Positions 39,247 through 54,200 are shown, counted from the first letter of the whole stretch. The stretch is DNA of 55,943 bases, filler included, from Porpidia crustulata (GCA_964255105.1; 3 parts of 3 records of this genome joined end to end with filler, not necessarily neighbours in it), one strand, 5' to 3'. Notes: generated by a model from the letters alone, not told the origin. Translations and numbers: made by a program.

Positions 39247-40604
39247 CCGGCTAATGGCACTATATGAGTTGTAAGCGCCATGCGCTGAATACACTTTAGA
39301 AACGTCGAAACACTGGCTTCATCGTCTCGCGGGGTGTGAAAGGTCGAGTGAAATGTGGGAGTTGTCGAGGAACGACAGTATTTGATGTTTCGGCTTGGGT
39401 GGGGCGGATCAGCCTTCGGGGCAATCTAGCTCTGCTTCGAGCACCGATCGACTCGCGCCTCGTCGCATTGCCGCAAAGCGCATGGCGCCTTCCTAACGGC
39501 GATGTACAAATTTCGTAAATCATAAGAAAAGTCGTCAATCTTCTCACAGCGACCGCTTCATCTGATGTATTTCCAAGCTTTTTCAGTATTTGCTTGATTA
39601 ACGAGGCGTGCGAGGCAAACCTTGACCGAGTCACATGACATTTGGCTGATCTGAATACATTTAGGTAATTTGTACCATAGCATTTATTGATTCTTTCCGG
39701 CCAACGACGAAACCCAGCCGTGGTGCTGGCGTGGCTGGCTACGGACCTGGTGCTTATCAGAAGAGCCTAAAGATTTCGGACAGCAACTTGATCAAATCGA
39801 CAAGTCGCTGAGCACTTGACATGCCATCGAGATCTTTGAATTACGAGATCGTTAACTTGTCAGATAGATCTCGGAGCAGATGACATACATTGGGTCGCTA
39901 AGAACGTGTCGATTTGCAAAAAAACACAATTAATCAGATAACGATATCGAGAAGAAACTCAGATGATTAAGTATCGAAAAGAAGTTCATTTGATTATAGT
40001 TGAACTAGATGGTTCAACATCGAACTGTCTTTTAGTCCTGCTAGAAGAGAAATCATCAAAAATAAATTTATCTAGTTCTATCTGTCCGAGCTTCCGGGCC
40101 ACCCAATGTCATGTCTAAGCATGCCACATCCGTGGCGTGGACGTGTAATGGTTTTGCTGCGACGCAACGAACTCGCCTCGCGTCCGAGATACGCAGTGCC
40201 ATGCACGTCTGGTCGCTATGTCTTGATTGCGCTTGTTGGCTCTACGCCTAACATGACCATGGCCAGAGCCTCTTCGCTCGACAAAACCTCCCCATCTCAA
40301 GCACAACTCCACCCATGAATGTACACGCTGGAGATATACGCTGGAAAAGCCAAGCCGCATGAATGTCATCATTACCTGCGCCCTCGATTGCAATTGCTGT
40401 ACACTTTATCTGACAACAGGCACATGTCAACAATCGAGCATAAAATACTGGCACCCGCCCAAATCCAACCTGCGAAGCGCAGCAATGCTGGAAATATAGT
40501 TGAACATGGTACACAAATATGAGGCAAGGAAAAGCTCGGGTATCGTAAGGCGCGTCAGAGCTAAATCAAATCCAACAGTTCGGATCCTCCATGACTTGGT
40601 TGGC

Positions 40605-43600
40605 TTAGCTGTAAGGAGGCGGTGGAGGGCCAGGGCCAGGTGAAGGCTCCGGGGAGGGTGGTTCAATGTCTTGGGCCTCATCGACTGCTTCCCCCAGAGC
40701 ATCAAATTCAAGCTTTTCTTGCTGAGCTACTGCCTGAGCTGAGACTATCTCTGCTAACCGCTTCAGGCGTGGCGTTTGTAGCCAAGACGGCGTATATGTT
40801 TCCAAGGCTGTGATGACACGAGGTTCGGCGATCTCATATGGCCCGCTGTCCTCCATGTCGACGGCGGGAAGTAGAAGCACGTCTCCTTTTTCAGTGACTC
40901 GTGAAGCGACTGCCTTCATAATGTCACCATTGATTGGTTGTTCATAATCGGCAACTAGGTACTGGTTCAGAAGCTTTTGGATCTGGTTTGGCGAAAGCCT
41001 TCGAACGTAATCGTCAGTAGAGACAGTAAGATGCTAATTACAGATTCCACTCACATCCAGCAGATATCTTGGATAATCTCAATATCATTCAGAGTAGCTT
41101 TTTTCAGCTGGAGTAGCTTTGTCGCTTGCTTGAACGAAGTCAGTAGGCAGCATCATCCAATGGCGGAGAAACTTACCATTAGATGCTCGAGTTGTAGGGT
41201 GCCCTCGGGCATATCATGACTTTTGCACCATTCCTCAATTCTAGTGATATTGTAATTGATCTGTAGGCCACGTTTCCAAGATAGGAAATTCCGACGCATA
41301 AGTAGATCATTGAAGGCCGTAACACCCACGAGCCTCAGCAGCTCTGTCAACGTTTGAGTGATGATTGAGTCTTCCAGATAGTACGCCTTCATAGCTTTGA
41401 AGGCATTATTTAATAAGCTCAGTAAGTTGTCCATACTGTAGGCTGGCGTGTTGTTGGATTGTAGAAGCTTTCCGAGGAACCGGTTGCTCTCGCTTGTAAC
41501 GAAGCCAGGTAACGATTGTGATTCGATAATGGCCGGTACTATCATCTTTTGGAGCTTCTTCTTCAGGACCTTCATCCAGGTGTGGTAGATGTTAAATTCA
41601 AGACTTTCCAAATCATGTTTCACAATTTCTAGCAGTCGGTCGTACTCGTAATTATCGGTCTTTTGCGCTTCATACCAGTCTTCCGCTAGAAAAACAAAAG
41701 AGAGCATCTCATGGACGTTGGATAGCCAGAAAGCCCCAGGGTTTATGGCATCTTCCCCCTCGTGTTGCATCACCTCTTGCTGGACAGACTGCATGACATT
41801 TGCAAGGAATCTCTCCGATTCTTTGACAAAGCCATTGTTCCACATTTCTGAGGTAACAAGATTAATCAAGTAAGCTGGGAACAGGACCTCTTTGTCCGTG
41901 GGTGAGGGCGTGGTATTAGGGGTTGGAATCTTAAGATTCTTGATGAGGCCCATTGTGACCTCTTCGTTCAATCCGTCCTCGTCAGAAAGCAGATTTTCGA
42001 GCTCATATTCAACATTGTCTAAAACAGGGCTGAAGGTCGATCCTGATAAGTTCTGGTGATGGGTATTTGTGTTTGCTATGGCCATCGATCCTGGACGAGG
42101 ATTGTACACCGAGCTGAATCGGTCTGGCTCCATCCTCTCCGCCCCTGCACTTCTTCGTTTGGGCTTTCTCGTAGAGACTAAATTGATCAGGCCATTGCTC
42201 TGATGCTGAGGGGCGTGGCCGTTCGTCAATTCACCGTTCGCAGGAACTGCTCTCTTGGCAAGGTCTAATTGATCTTGAAGGTCTACAAGCTGTTGACGCA
42301 AGGAGATCTTCTCGGTTTCGTGATCAATCCCTGCTTGTTTAGCGTTTCCGAGTTCAATGTTAGTGACTCTGAGAGACTCTCGAAGATTCCTCCCTTCTTC
42401 TTGTAAACGTTTGGTATTGGCCGATGATTCGTCGAATGCGTGTTGTAGCCTTCTCATGTCTTCTTCCATAGCCTGCAATCGTGCCGCCGTTATACCAGCT
42501 TGATTTGCCTCAGCTTGAAGCTCTTTTGACCGGCTTTCGAGAGCATTGTGTCTCGCCTTCCAGGATCTTAACTGATTCTCATAGTTCTCAACCTGGGATA
42601 ATAGAGCCTTGTTCTCGCGCTTTATAGTACCCAGTGATTGCGTCAGCTCTACAACTTTATTTTCCAATTTGTATGATATCTGCTTTAGATCCCGAGCCTC
42701 CTCACGTATAGTCTTGTAACCGCGCCTTGCCGTCTTCCCACGCCACAGACTTTGGATAATGACAATCTTCTTACGGTACTGCCGCCAGGAGCGCAATTGC
42801 TGTCGCGCCCGCCAGGACCGCTGTATTGTACGTGACGCATTTCCAACCTTGGTCTCCATGATCTTTCTTCTGCAAAGGTAACCTTTAGTAACGCCCTGGA
42901 GTAACATAATATTGTTGCGAATCTGGTTAAATCGCTTCTTCTCCTTGTGGCCTCGCCACACCTTCTGGATGTTCGTTGCGGCTCTTACTTGCCGCACATC
43001 TTCGGCGCGCTGTCGAGCGTGATAGCCTCGAGAGAGAGTTTGCAACGATATGATTGAAGCCCTAGCTTCGAGGTACTTTCTCCGATAATACTTGCAACGT
43101 AGGTTTTTCTGTATCAGGATAGCGCAGTCATTGAGCCTACTGGTGCGTAGATTTTCCAAGAAAGCTAGCATACCAGCACGAAAAAATATCTTCGTTAAAC
43201 CCAATTGGTATTTGTCGAGACCTCTTTCAGTGCTTTGCCCGAGAGCTTTCTTGAGTATCGCATTCGCCATCTCCCGTATCTCAGATGTCCATGACTGAGA
43301 AGGGACCAGCATATAGTACCGTAAGGCAAACTCCTCGTAGGTCCATCGAGTTGGGTAGCCAGCGCAACTAATTCTGACAGTCTCTAGAACACCGCAAGCT
43401 CGCAGTTGGCTCAACACCATTGGCCCTTCGAAACCCCAGGCCTGCTTACTTTCATTTGGTTTGATACAACGAATGTAGTGAACGTCAGTCGAATTTATCG
43501 TCTGCATTAGCTCAATAAGTGACGACTTGAAGATGCCTCCAAGCGTTGGTTTTCTATTTGCAGCCACGCCCATTCTTCTGCCAGAGGTTGCTACAGCCTT

Positions 43601-45658
43601 AGAGGTCGCTGCAGTCATCGATTCCTTTTCCCGCACAATAGAGGCGGCTTCTAGGACTTCTCCTAGGAACGAGTTGGAAGAGAGTCGAAGGACCTCCATA
43701 TGCTCATCTGGTACAGTATCTCTGTTTTTCTCGATGAAGCCATCTGACTCATACGTAACGTCAATAGCGTAATGACAGACTGTGAAAGCTGATTTGCCAA
43801 ACCGAGGCTTTTTGTAGAACTTTGACTTGTCATTGGCATAGTTGTGGTGTAGCTTTGTGACAAATTGTTCATCGGAACCCATGGGTAGTCTCGATTCCTC
43901 ATCCAGCAACGCGAGGACTCCAAGCTTCGCCTCAATGAGGTCAATGCATGGTTGATTATCCGAGAAATCGATGAAAGTCCAGTCAATCTGCTCACGCAGG
44001 TACTCTTCCTGTTCCAACTTGAAAACATGCTGATTAAATTCCTGCTGCAACTTCTCATTTGCATAGTTGATGCAGAACTGCTCGAAAGAATTCTTGGCGA
44101 AGTGTTCAAAACCATAAATATCGAGGACTCCAATAAAGGAGGCGGCTCTGCTGGTGACTTCCTCGGTCGCTAATCCCGCATTGATATTTTCTACCAACCA
44201 GTCGAATATGGCCGAGTATACGAATTTGGCAACAGAGTCGCGAACCACCAAAGCCTGCTGTTGAGTCAAATTTGACTGGATCCGCTCTCCTCGGGTAATC
44301 AATTGCTTCTTCACGGTCCACTTGGCAAAATCGTTAGCATCGACACCTAGCATCTGACAGGCTCGGACGAGAGATTGCTCAGTAGAAGCAAGCACTGAGT
44401 CGGTTCTTGTAGCCGTGATCTTCACATTTCCGAGGTGCAACAGAGCACCAAGCAAGCCGAATATCTCTGCTTGCTTAGCTTGACTGACACCTATTGTGGT
44501 AAGTGATTGACGCGTGGCGTCGAAGTCGGCTTTGTCGTCCACGCCTTCAATGACTGGTGCTCCACCCTGATTGAGGTAGTCAAAGTGTTCCACAGGGAGC
44601 AAGCCCCACTCTTGTCGCTCGGTATCCGTGGCTCCAGCCACGAGCTGGTAAAAGATGTGGTAGTTTCTCTCTTTCAATGGCTGAAACACTAGTCTTGAGC
44701 GTTCGAGCAGGTATGTCCTTATCTTGGCTCCGACGATTTCGGTCTTTTTATCAAACATGATCTCTATGTATTTCCCAAACCTGGAGGAATTATCATTCCG
44801 CGTGGTCTTGGCGTTACCAAAGGCTTCCATGACAGGATTTGTTGCCAGAATTCGTTCCTCCGTTTCACTCATTGTGTCCGCAACCCCCTTGGCGCGTTTG
44901 CCTGGCTGGTCTGGCGATTCTCGAGTAGCAAAATATCTCATTATGTACTTTGCACTCACAGTCTTACCTGCTCCCGACTCTCCAGATACGACTATGGTCT
45001 GGTTATTGTTGTCTCGTAGCATGTCCCTATTTATGTCAGTTTGTAGCCTTGCAAAGGTAGATAGCATGAATTCCCTCACGCGAAAGCTTCCTCCGCTATA
45101 GCAAAGAGGTGCGGCGCTTGCGAAGAGCGTTGTTTTCCAGCATAAACTTGAACCATGCCAGGGACATACAGCGAGTCCACCCGAGCGAAAGGATTGGTTG
45201 CAATTAGGACGATCCCGCTGTATGTATAGATCTCCTTTTGGGAATATCGAAGCTTGATGGCTTGGAGGACTGTGCGTAATCTTAGCTTGGCACGAAATAC
45301 TATCACGAATCCTTTTCTGTACCTGCAGGTTCATTGAGATGGGACAGGTTAGTGAGATCATCGCTGGCCTCGAGTATGGCAGGATTCATCAGTGGAGGTA
45401 GGGAGGCATTGTTATCGTCTTGCAGGGCTACTACTGTCGTATCTATTGACCTGGTCTATCAGGTCACCCAAGTCAGTGAGGCCACATTAGACCGGCAGTC
45501 TTCAAGGGTGGAGCGTTTCCCACCTCTCCGTTGGCTAATTGAAACACGAGCGTGACTTTATCGCCTTGGATTTTCTTCGATTCCACTTCCGATGCAACCC
45601 ATCCCTCGGTGGAATCAGACTGCCATGCCCGCGTCCCAACGTCATAGTTGTGCGCCAT
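40605..45658 (-). CDS. MYO2: Class V myosin (Myo2/MyoE type)
   Basis: MAHNYDVGTRAW start, IYTYSGIVLIATNPF, GESGAGKT P-loop, NDNSSRFGK, LDIYGFE, IQ motifs (IQKNLRCKYYR, IQKVWRG, IQSLWRG), coiled coil and DIL cargo domain (FNDLLMRRNFLSWKRGLQINYN). Several short introns at both ends. Confidence 0.96.
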
Positions 45659-46722
45659 GGCAGCTGTGGAAGGGGGTCCAGTCGTGCGGCCAGTTTGGAT
45701 GGTATAGTCCACGGTTGTGGCCGAGTGTCATTCAATAGAGTCTTGATATTGTCCCGAGCTACGTTACTGGATCATCGAACGAAAGATAGTAACGTCTCCA
45801 TTAGAATAAGACCATATATGCCGACAAAATATGGTAGAAAATGGGGGGGGGTTTATCTTTTTCTGACCGAAACGGAGCGGACGCGAGCAAGCGGGCGCTA
45901 TTCGCGGCAGGGGTGTTCTCCTTTTCTGACCCCGGCTTTCTTTCACATGGCAGTCGTGCAACAATAAAGAACTTCGCCCATCACGGAAGCAGAGTCTAAT
46001 TCTAGATCCTTAATGCATCTATGCACAGCATGGAAACTAGAGCTACTTATGTATTGTTTCCCCTGCATATCATTATTCATAAATCATGATACTTAGGCCG
46101 TGGTTCGAAGAATCGTTCCACTCCTCGTACATTGCGGAACATTAGACTCTGTTCCAATCGCATTCCCCTTCTCCTGGCCTACATCAAAGACCATCGGCTC
46201 GGTCACAAATACTACACAATACAAGAAACACAGGCTCTGATTTCTGACATCGGCTCTTTCAAATAGAATTCCAATCCGGCGACAAACATTATACTGGTCT
46301 CTTCTCTCTCTTCCGTATGGTCTTCATCGCAAGAAGGCGCAAGAGTCAATTACCTATCGTAGTGTTGACTAAGCCATGTACATTTTTTCTGCTGACGAAT
46401 CTGACGCAGCCATCTCCAAAAGTTCTTTAAATCTCGTTACATTTTCCGAGGTACCTCGATCATTATACTTGCTGTTGAAGCATTAATGTCGCTGTCTATA
46501 ATTTCATGATTGCGGAGAAGCAGCCTCGCCAAATACTAATTCAAAAGGATAACCAATGATACAGAATTGACTGAACGTTGAAGTCTTTTATGCACTTGTA
46601 TACATATTCCCGGACTCCATCAAACGCAATTGTAGGTAGTGTCAGAGTGTGACTTACAAGTCTCGTCGGAGAGACTCGTCGGAGCGACTCGTCGGAGCCA
46701 CACAGTGGTTCAAAAGTTCTGG

Positions 46723-48416
46723 TCAGTAGAGCACTCGTGTCATAATCCGGGCTATAAAACGTCAGTTTCAGCCAATGTAAAGCGGAGGAGAAGGTCATAC
46801 AGCTCAGACTTTCCAATTGCTGATACAGATCTGATATTTCGCGAACATTGACATCGCTTATGTCCGCCATCAGATAGGCAACCTATTAGGTCAATAAGTT
46901 GAAGGTTCTAAGTATACGCAAAAACCTGCAACTTACATCACCTCGACTATCAGTCATCTGCTTATCGACGTTGTGGTCGCCAAGAACCTCGTTCACTATC
47001 GCGTTCAGCATCTATGTCAAAGGTATTGAGTACGATCTGGTTCACCTTTTCTTAAAACACCAGGGACATTATGGTGGATATAAATCACTCGTACATGATT
47101 CGGCTGATCTATCGTCAACGAACGTAAATTTACTTCTGGTAGATTAACAGCGCCAAGTGTCGTTCCTTCGTTAACGTAACGAACAAGAGCTTCGCTGACT
47201 TCGGTTCCAATGGCGCTTTGGGCTTCTTCTGTGGACCCACCAATGTGCGGAGTAAGAATGATATTTTTAAGACTTCTCAAATCGTCAGCCCATGGATTCA
47301 GATCGTTCGTGAAGTAGTCTCCATTGCCTGCAGGCTCAGCGGGATATACATCGAGTGCAGCTCCGGCAAGCTTTCCGGACCGAGAAGCATTAATGAGTGC
47401 TGAGATCTCAATGACACTCCCACGACTGGCATTGATGAGATAACTACCATCTTTCATAAAGGAGAATTCTTCGGAACTAATCATGTTTTTGGTCTCGGGA
47501 ATTTCTGGCACATGGCAAGTGACGAAGTCAGAGCTTTCGAGTAGAGTCTTGAGCGTCGGAACTTGTTTAGCAGTACCCATTGCCATGAGATTAACGGCGT
47601 CATAAAAAATCACATCCATGCCCATGGCCTCGGCCAATACAGAGAGCTGGGATCCAATATGCCCGTACCCGATTATCCCTAAGCATCTCGTTAAATCTCT
47701 GTAAATGTTGTTGCTCCGGCAGACATAGTACCGAGCGTCTTCCCCCGAATCTCCCAGCAGCCGTTGCTCACTTTTTTCCAAGTTCCATGGTGTAGCTCAT
47801 TTGACCGATCCCCAAGTTGCCTAGCGAGAGCAATGATCTCCGCAACGACAAGTTCAGCCACGCTACGGGAATTGCTGAAGGGAGAGTTGAACACGGCAAT
47901 ACCGTGCTTAGCTGCGTACTGTGTATCGACTTGATTCGTTCCGATACAGAAGCACCCAATAACAATCAGACTCTTGGCCTCCCGCAGCACACGAGCGGTG
48001 AGTTTTGTTTTCGAACGGATGCCAATGACGTGGACATCACTGTTATCGATAAGCCTGAGAGCTTATACCACGGGGAGGGATGGTAAGGTACCCTACCGTA
48101 TCTTATGGATCAATTCATCTTCGGATAGGGAGGTCTTCAAGAATTCAACCTGGTATCCTTGTGCCGCAAGTTTGTCCCGGCCAGTCTGATTGACATTTTC
48201 CAGAAGCAGGATCTTGATATCTTCGGTAGCAAATGGTTTCAATGGTTTCACTAACCCTGGCGTAAAGGTACGATGCAGCGATGTTCCGCCGGAAGAAGGC
48301 GAGTAAAATATCGGTGAGGTCGAAGTTCCAAAACTAGAGGAAACTTGCCTAAATAGTTCGTTCGTAGTTAGAGGAATGTCAATATTGGGAGGTGAAGAGC
48401 GCATTTTAATGTTCAT
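46723..48416 (-). CDS. SER3: D-3-phosphoglycerate dehydrogenase
   Basis: LKPFATEDIKILLLENVN, IGCFCIGTNQVD, FNSPFSNSRSVAELV, GIIGYGHIGSQLSVLAEAMGM, LINASRG, TPHIGGSTEEAQ, ACT domain HHNVPGVL. Last exon SRIMTRVLY*. Start at 48416 or 48404. Confidence 0.95.
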
Positions 48417-49043
48417 CTACGGAAGCGACATACGAACGCAGATGGGGATGGACCCCGTTCTTGTAATCAGTCATCGGCGCATATTTTGGTTCAGCGCCGA
48501 TTTCAAATTATCGTGTAGGAAGAAGGAAACGGAAGGTGAAAGTTGTGGTTGGTCAACGTTACTCAGTTTGTCTATACTTACCGACCTGCAATGCCACCGA
48601 CCTAGCGTAACTCGTGACCATGATTGACTTGGATTTTAATAGCCTAGTATATTTGTATACACGAATTTCGTTTATATCAGATTGCTTAGTTATTTAAGCT
48701 GTAGATGAGATTGCAAAACTCGTGATCGACTTGAAGACTTTTGTATTCTTAGCCCATTAACCACCGTCATTTCATCAACTGTCCTGCCATTCTACCACCC
48801 CCTTGTGCCAAACATTGCGAGATATTTAGCCCTAAAGCTACAATGCCAAGATGCTATTTAGGTGCTGGCAAATGAGCAGAACTTTCCATCGACCGTGACC
48901 ACCAGTGTCATATTTAAGCGACGCAGCCTACAAAGAAGGGTCCAGTCGCATGTCCTTTGAGTCACACGTACTAGGTGAACTAGCATATTTCCAAGCCATA
49001 CCAGTCGAGGCTGCTGGAGATTGGAGTCGTAGATATGATGTAT

Positions 49044-50503
49044 CTAGCTCTGCTTGCATTCAGCAGCCTCTTGCTTTGGCTTTGAGCTATCGTCCTAGAG
49101 ACAATAATTAGTGTACCATTGACTCACCCTCATTCTTTACAATTGAAACCTACCTCCTCGTCAGACTCATCTTCATCATCTCTATCCTCACTGAGATCGT
49201 CGTCCTCTTCGTCGTCTTCATCCTCAAAATCTCCTTCCTCGAGATCTTCATCGACTTCCTCAAACCGCAAGGCCTCCCCAGTAAACCAGTCGATAGCTCG
49301 AGGGATCAGCTTCTCCTTGATATCCTCGCCGAGTTGATAGTCAAGTTCCAAGCGCTCCTCGACATCAGATGATGCCTCATCCTCATCTTCACCAGGAGCC
49401 TTCGGAGGGTCGAAAAAGTTGAAGAATGATTCAGTTGGCACGGTCTTCTTCACAACACGAGTTTGCTTGGTGTCTACGTCTGGTGTAAGCCAACTTGGGA
49501 CATTTAGATTTGAAAAACCTTACTCTTATTACGCTGCTTCTTGCTTTCAATACGGACTGTGAGGTCCTTCCCGGCTTTCCAATCGATCTTATTCCCATCA
49601 GCGTGATCATAAATGAAGTCTCCTCCATATCCGCTTTCTTCTTGGTAGTAGTACGTCTTAGTGATGGTACTGTTGATGAAGAACTCATTCTCGGAAAATT
49701 CGAATATCAGACGGAATCCGGGCTGCTCAAGGTACTCCATACGGATATCGGTCAAGAATTTTAAAGCCTCTTCGTCCCTGTCCGTAACCAACTCCGCTAA
49801 CGAGACCTGGTTTTTCATGGCTGACAGCCAAAATTCTGGGATACCAGCGACATTTTCGTTCGATTCGTCTTTATCAGCAGAGTCTTCCTTCTCGGCCTCG
49901 TCCTCTTCCCCCTCGTCATCCTGTTCGCCAACTTTGACCTCCTCTTCACTTGGTTCTGCAGCCCCGTTCACAATCTTGGCACGCTTCTCGTATAGAGGAG
50001 TGAATTTAGCAAAGTACTTTTTCTCCAGCTGTAACACCTCCTCCTGAAATTCGACCTCGAGCTTAGAGTGCTCTTTCTGCACGCCCTTGAGACCAGCAAC
50101 ACGACGACGCACAGGTGCTGGAAGAGATTCAATGTAGCCTGATGAACGTCCTACAAGTGAGCCGAGTTTTCCCTGTATCATAGAGACTAATTTAGGATTT
50201 TGTGCGAATATGGAGGCAGCAGCCACGCGATCGAGATCCTCTTTAACGAAGAGTTAGCATGACGTCCGGTGATTATAAAATTGAATCCGATATGTAGGCT
50301 ACGGCTCCATCACAGATTCTTACCTTCTTTGATGCTGGCGACACCCGGCTGTTGGGCATGGGACGAGATCGGAGCATTGTTTGCCGGAGTGTTCTGTGGT
50401 GTACTGTGAATTTCGATCAATTGCTTGCTCATTACGCCGAGAAGGTACCGACTTACGGTGCTGTTGTGAGATCGAGCTTCTTATTGCGTATAGGCTCCGA
50501 CAT
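49044..50503 (-). CDS. NAP1: Nucleosome assembly protein 1
   Basis: MSEPIRNKK start, [67 protein letters not shown], acidic tail and C-terminal AECKQS* (CaaX). Multi-exon. Confidence 0.96.
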
Positions 50504-51275
50504 GTTGTAGATAGAATAAGGAAAACCTGATATTTAGTGCGTGGTGTTACAGTACTCAGCTTTCGGTTCGATGGTGATCTGAATAAAATTATTGTAGTGG
50601 GATTTTTCCTTTGCGTGGAACACCGTGGATCTGAATGAGATTTGACACTACGAGTAGCGCGGAGGCAAACAGCGCTACAAGGTTTCTGGCTTGCTGTTCG
50701 GGCTCGAGTGTAGCAGAGAGATTGATACAAACGCGGTATGCCTCTTAGAAGAAGCTGAGGAAGAAATCTATTCAATAGAAACGGAAGATTGGTCGGTATC
50801 TACAGTGCAGGGTAATCTAGAATAAATTGTAGTTTTCATGGATCCAACTTGAATATAATACAGCTAGACACATTAGGTTACAGATTGTGTTGAGAGAACA
50901 AGCTCAGGATGGCAGGTGGGGCAGTCATTCGCGGTATGGAAATCTAGTGTAGTGATACCCCCCACGCTCCGTATCAGATTCCCGATACTGTATTTTACCT
51001 AGACTTCCCCAAAGCAAGATAAGCCGACTTTAGCCGCAACCCGACACGCACCAAGGCGAGGCGCCGACTTTCACATTTAGTACTACTTTCAATCTCTCAA
51101 GATTCGATTATACAACCTCTTCCATCTGCCAGTCAGCGTGTGCATGTGGAGCCTCGAGGTAGATCTCCACATGTAAGTCTGAGAACGATGGACGGTGGAA
51201 TTTTACGCAGGCGGAGGTGGCAATGGATCGCCTAAGTCCACTAGATTCGAAGTGTCTACGGACGCATATGCTACA

Positions 51276-54200
51276 ATGAGTACCTACAGCCCGCGTCCCG
51301 TGGCGCATCAGCGGATGAGTAGTTCGAGGAGCAAAAGGAGAAGTAGTGTAGTGAGCAATGGCGATCGTGTTGCACCTCTTTATCGCCGAGACTCCAACAT
51401 GAGTACAAGCAAGTTCGGCTGCCCTTCCAGCTTCTGGTCTTGGAAGGCCCTGACATCGTAGTAGCGCGAGTTTTGTTTCTGATGTAGAGATGGCACATGA
51501 TGAGGTTAGATCTTCTTGCGGCTTTGTTTGTTACACCTGTCAGAGGTCTGATGTACTCAGGTATTCTCGGGTCCCATGTCAGAAAGTGTCCCATCGAGCT
51601 TGACAGGATTTGCCCATCGGCAATCCAGAGCAGACTCCGTAACAAGTTTTACTTATTTTCAAGAGGATCAAGAGTCGCCTGAGTGGCCCGCGGACGAGGG
51701 AGCTATCTTAGAACAAAACGAAGAAGACCCAGATGATGCTCATAAGCAATTCGAAAGTGACGTTGAATCGGTTGAGACGCCTCCAAAGAGACGGAAATCC
51801 CTGGGACAATCAATGACATCTGCGGAAGATCCTCTCCTCTCCCGCTTTGATTCAGCAAAGACTGATGCAAGCAGTCTTGGGCATAAGGGTAGAACTAATC
51901 AAAAAATATACGTCGTGACCGAAGACTTGACCATTGTAGTTGCTGGATTTACCACAAGATTAGCAGGTTTTATTGCATATGTCATTATCTGCGTATGCAC
52001 GCTAGGTCTGGGCTACCTTGTATTTCGTTGGATCCCTCGTTGGCGAGTATGGCTCACTGGATCGCCGAAGCCTTTACGAGAATGTACATGGGTTGTCATC
52101 GAGGTAAGATTAAATTTTGTCGGAGTGCATCGAAAACCACAAGCTAAAGTCGATCAGAATCAATGGGCCGAGTTCGCAGTTCAGTATATTGCGAGAGTAC
52201 AGTACGGCCATGCCATCTCGACTGTTTTTGGGTCCGCGGAAAAACAGGGGGTGGATGGTTACGACGAAGACGATGATCCTGTCATGATGCACCTTCGTTT
52301 CTTAGACTATCGCTATATAAGATTCTGTTATCATCCACTGAAGGACAAATTTGTGCTTTCTAGTAATTGGAAGGACACTTCTTGGACGGACGTGAAGTCA
52401 GTGAGAGTTGGCTTGGACAGCGATGAACGTTATAGACGAGAGCAAGTATTCGGCATGAACCAGATTGATATAAAACAGAAGGCTGTTCCGGAATTACTCA
52501 TTGATGAAGTACTTGGATGCATTAGCGTTTCCGGAGTCCTTGAGCTAATTCAAGACAGGCGTTTCATCCATTTTATGTATTTCAAATCGCGAGTCTTATT
52601 CTGTGGTCCCTAGACCAGTATTACTATTATGCAGTATGCATCTTCTTCATTTCCCTAGTCAGTATCACTACCACCTTGCTCGAAACAAGATCGGTAAGTT
52701 GACTGGCTTACATTCATCTCGTCTTGTGTTTTAATTGATCGCTAGACCATGAAACGACTTCGTGAGATATCTCGTTTCGAATGTGCAATTAGAGTTTTGC
52801 GAAATGGCTTTTGTGAGTATTACCTGTGTGCATAGCCATCCAGTAATCTAACCAAAGTTAGGGCGACAAGTCGGTAGTACTGAACTCGTACCTGGCGACG
52901 TATACGAAATTTCAGATCCATCATTGACCCAATTTCCGTGTGACAGCCTACTATTAGCCGGCGACTGCATCGTGAACGAAAGTATGCTTACTGGTAGGTC
53001 TCGCAGGTCCGCTGAAAAGATTTATCTGCTCACTAATCCAGGCGAGTCTGTACCTGTGTCCAAGGCTCCAGCCACCAACGAATCCCTACATATGCTAAAC
53101 CCGAGCGCGACATCCCTAAATCCTGAGATCGCTAAACATTTCCTGTTCAGCGGTACCAAAATCATTCGTGCAAGAAGGCCCCAGGACGGCCAAGACGATG
53201 AAGCAGTAGCCCTTGCTATCGTGGTTCGAACGGGGTTCAATACAACCAAAGGTGCTCTAGTACGCTCGATGATGTTTCCAAAACCGTCAGGATTCAAATT
53301 CTATAAAGATGCGTTCCGATATATCACCGTCATGGCTGGAGTTGCCGGCCTCGGCTTCATTGTCTCGTTCACAAATTTTGTTCGACTCGGAGTAAGTCTT
53401 AAAGCGCTATCTATTCACAGAAGGGACTAATTGTATATAGATTGTATGGCATCTAATTGTAGTTCGTGCACTGGATTTAATAACCATAGTTGTACCCCCT
53501 GCTTTGCCAGCGACGCTAAGTATTGGCACCAACTTTGCGTTATCGCGCCTCAAGAAAAAAGACATATTCTGTATCAGCCCTCAAAGGTAGCTATAGATCG
53601 CACTCACTGTTCCAAAAACGGTAGATTTTCTAACGTCGTGTAGGGTTAATGTGGGTGGTAAACTCGATATCGTGTGCTTTGACAAAACCGGGACCTTGAC
53701 AGAAGATGGGTTAGATGTCTTGGGAGTCAGGGTCGTTCATCGGCAGGCAAAACGGTAATTAATAGCAGCCTCACTCGATTTCAAAGCAGCTCCCTGATGC
53801 TTTTGTAGATTCAGTGACATGCTCAGTGATTCCTCGGCTCTACTGCCTGCTTCCGCCTACGAGCGCGACCCAACAGTCGACTACAAAGCTCACAGGGCCG
53901 CTCTTCACACAATGGCAACATGCCATTCATTACGGATGGTCAATGGCGAGTATCTGGGGGACCCACTTGACCTTAAGATGTTCGAATATACAGGATGGTC
54001 CTTCGAAGAGAATGACCAGAAGACCAATCTCTCGGAGGACGACGAAAGCGAGAATCAGCCTACTCCCGTAGCAAGACCGCCTCCAGGGCTGGATTACGAC
54101 ATCGATGAATCGTATGATTCTACAAGAGTATGTTCGCTATGCATACTTGTCATTAGTAGAATGCTGATTTCGATTTCCAGACTGAATTGGCTATCCTGAA

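Noticed and set aside
51409..51461. GC-AG intron in YPK9 (GCAAGT donor)
   Set aside because: Phase does not match the acceptor; the nearby GTTCGG donor restores the frame.
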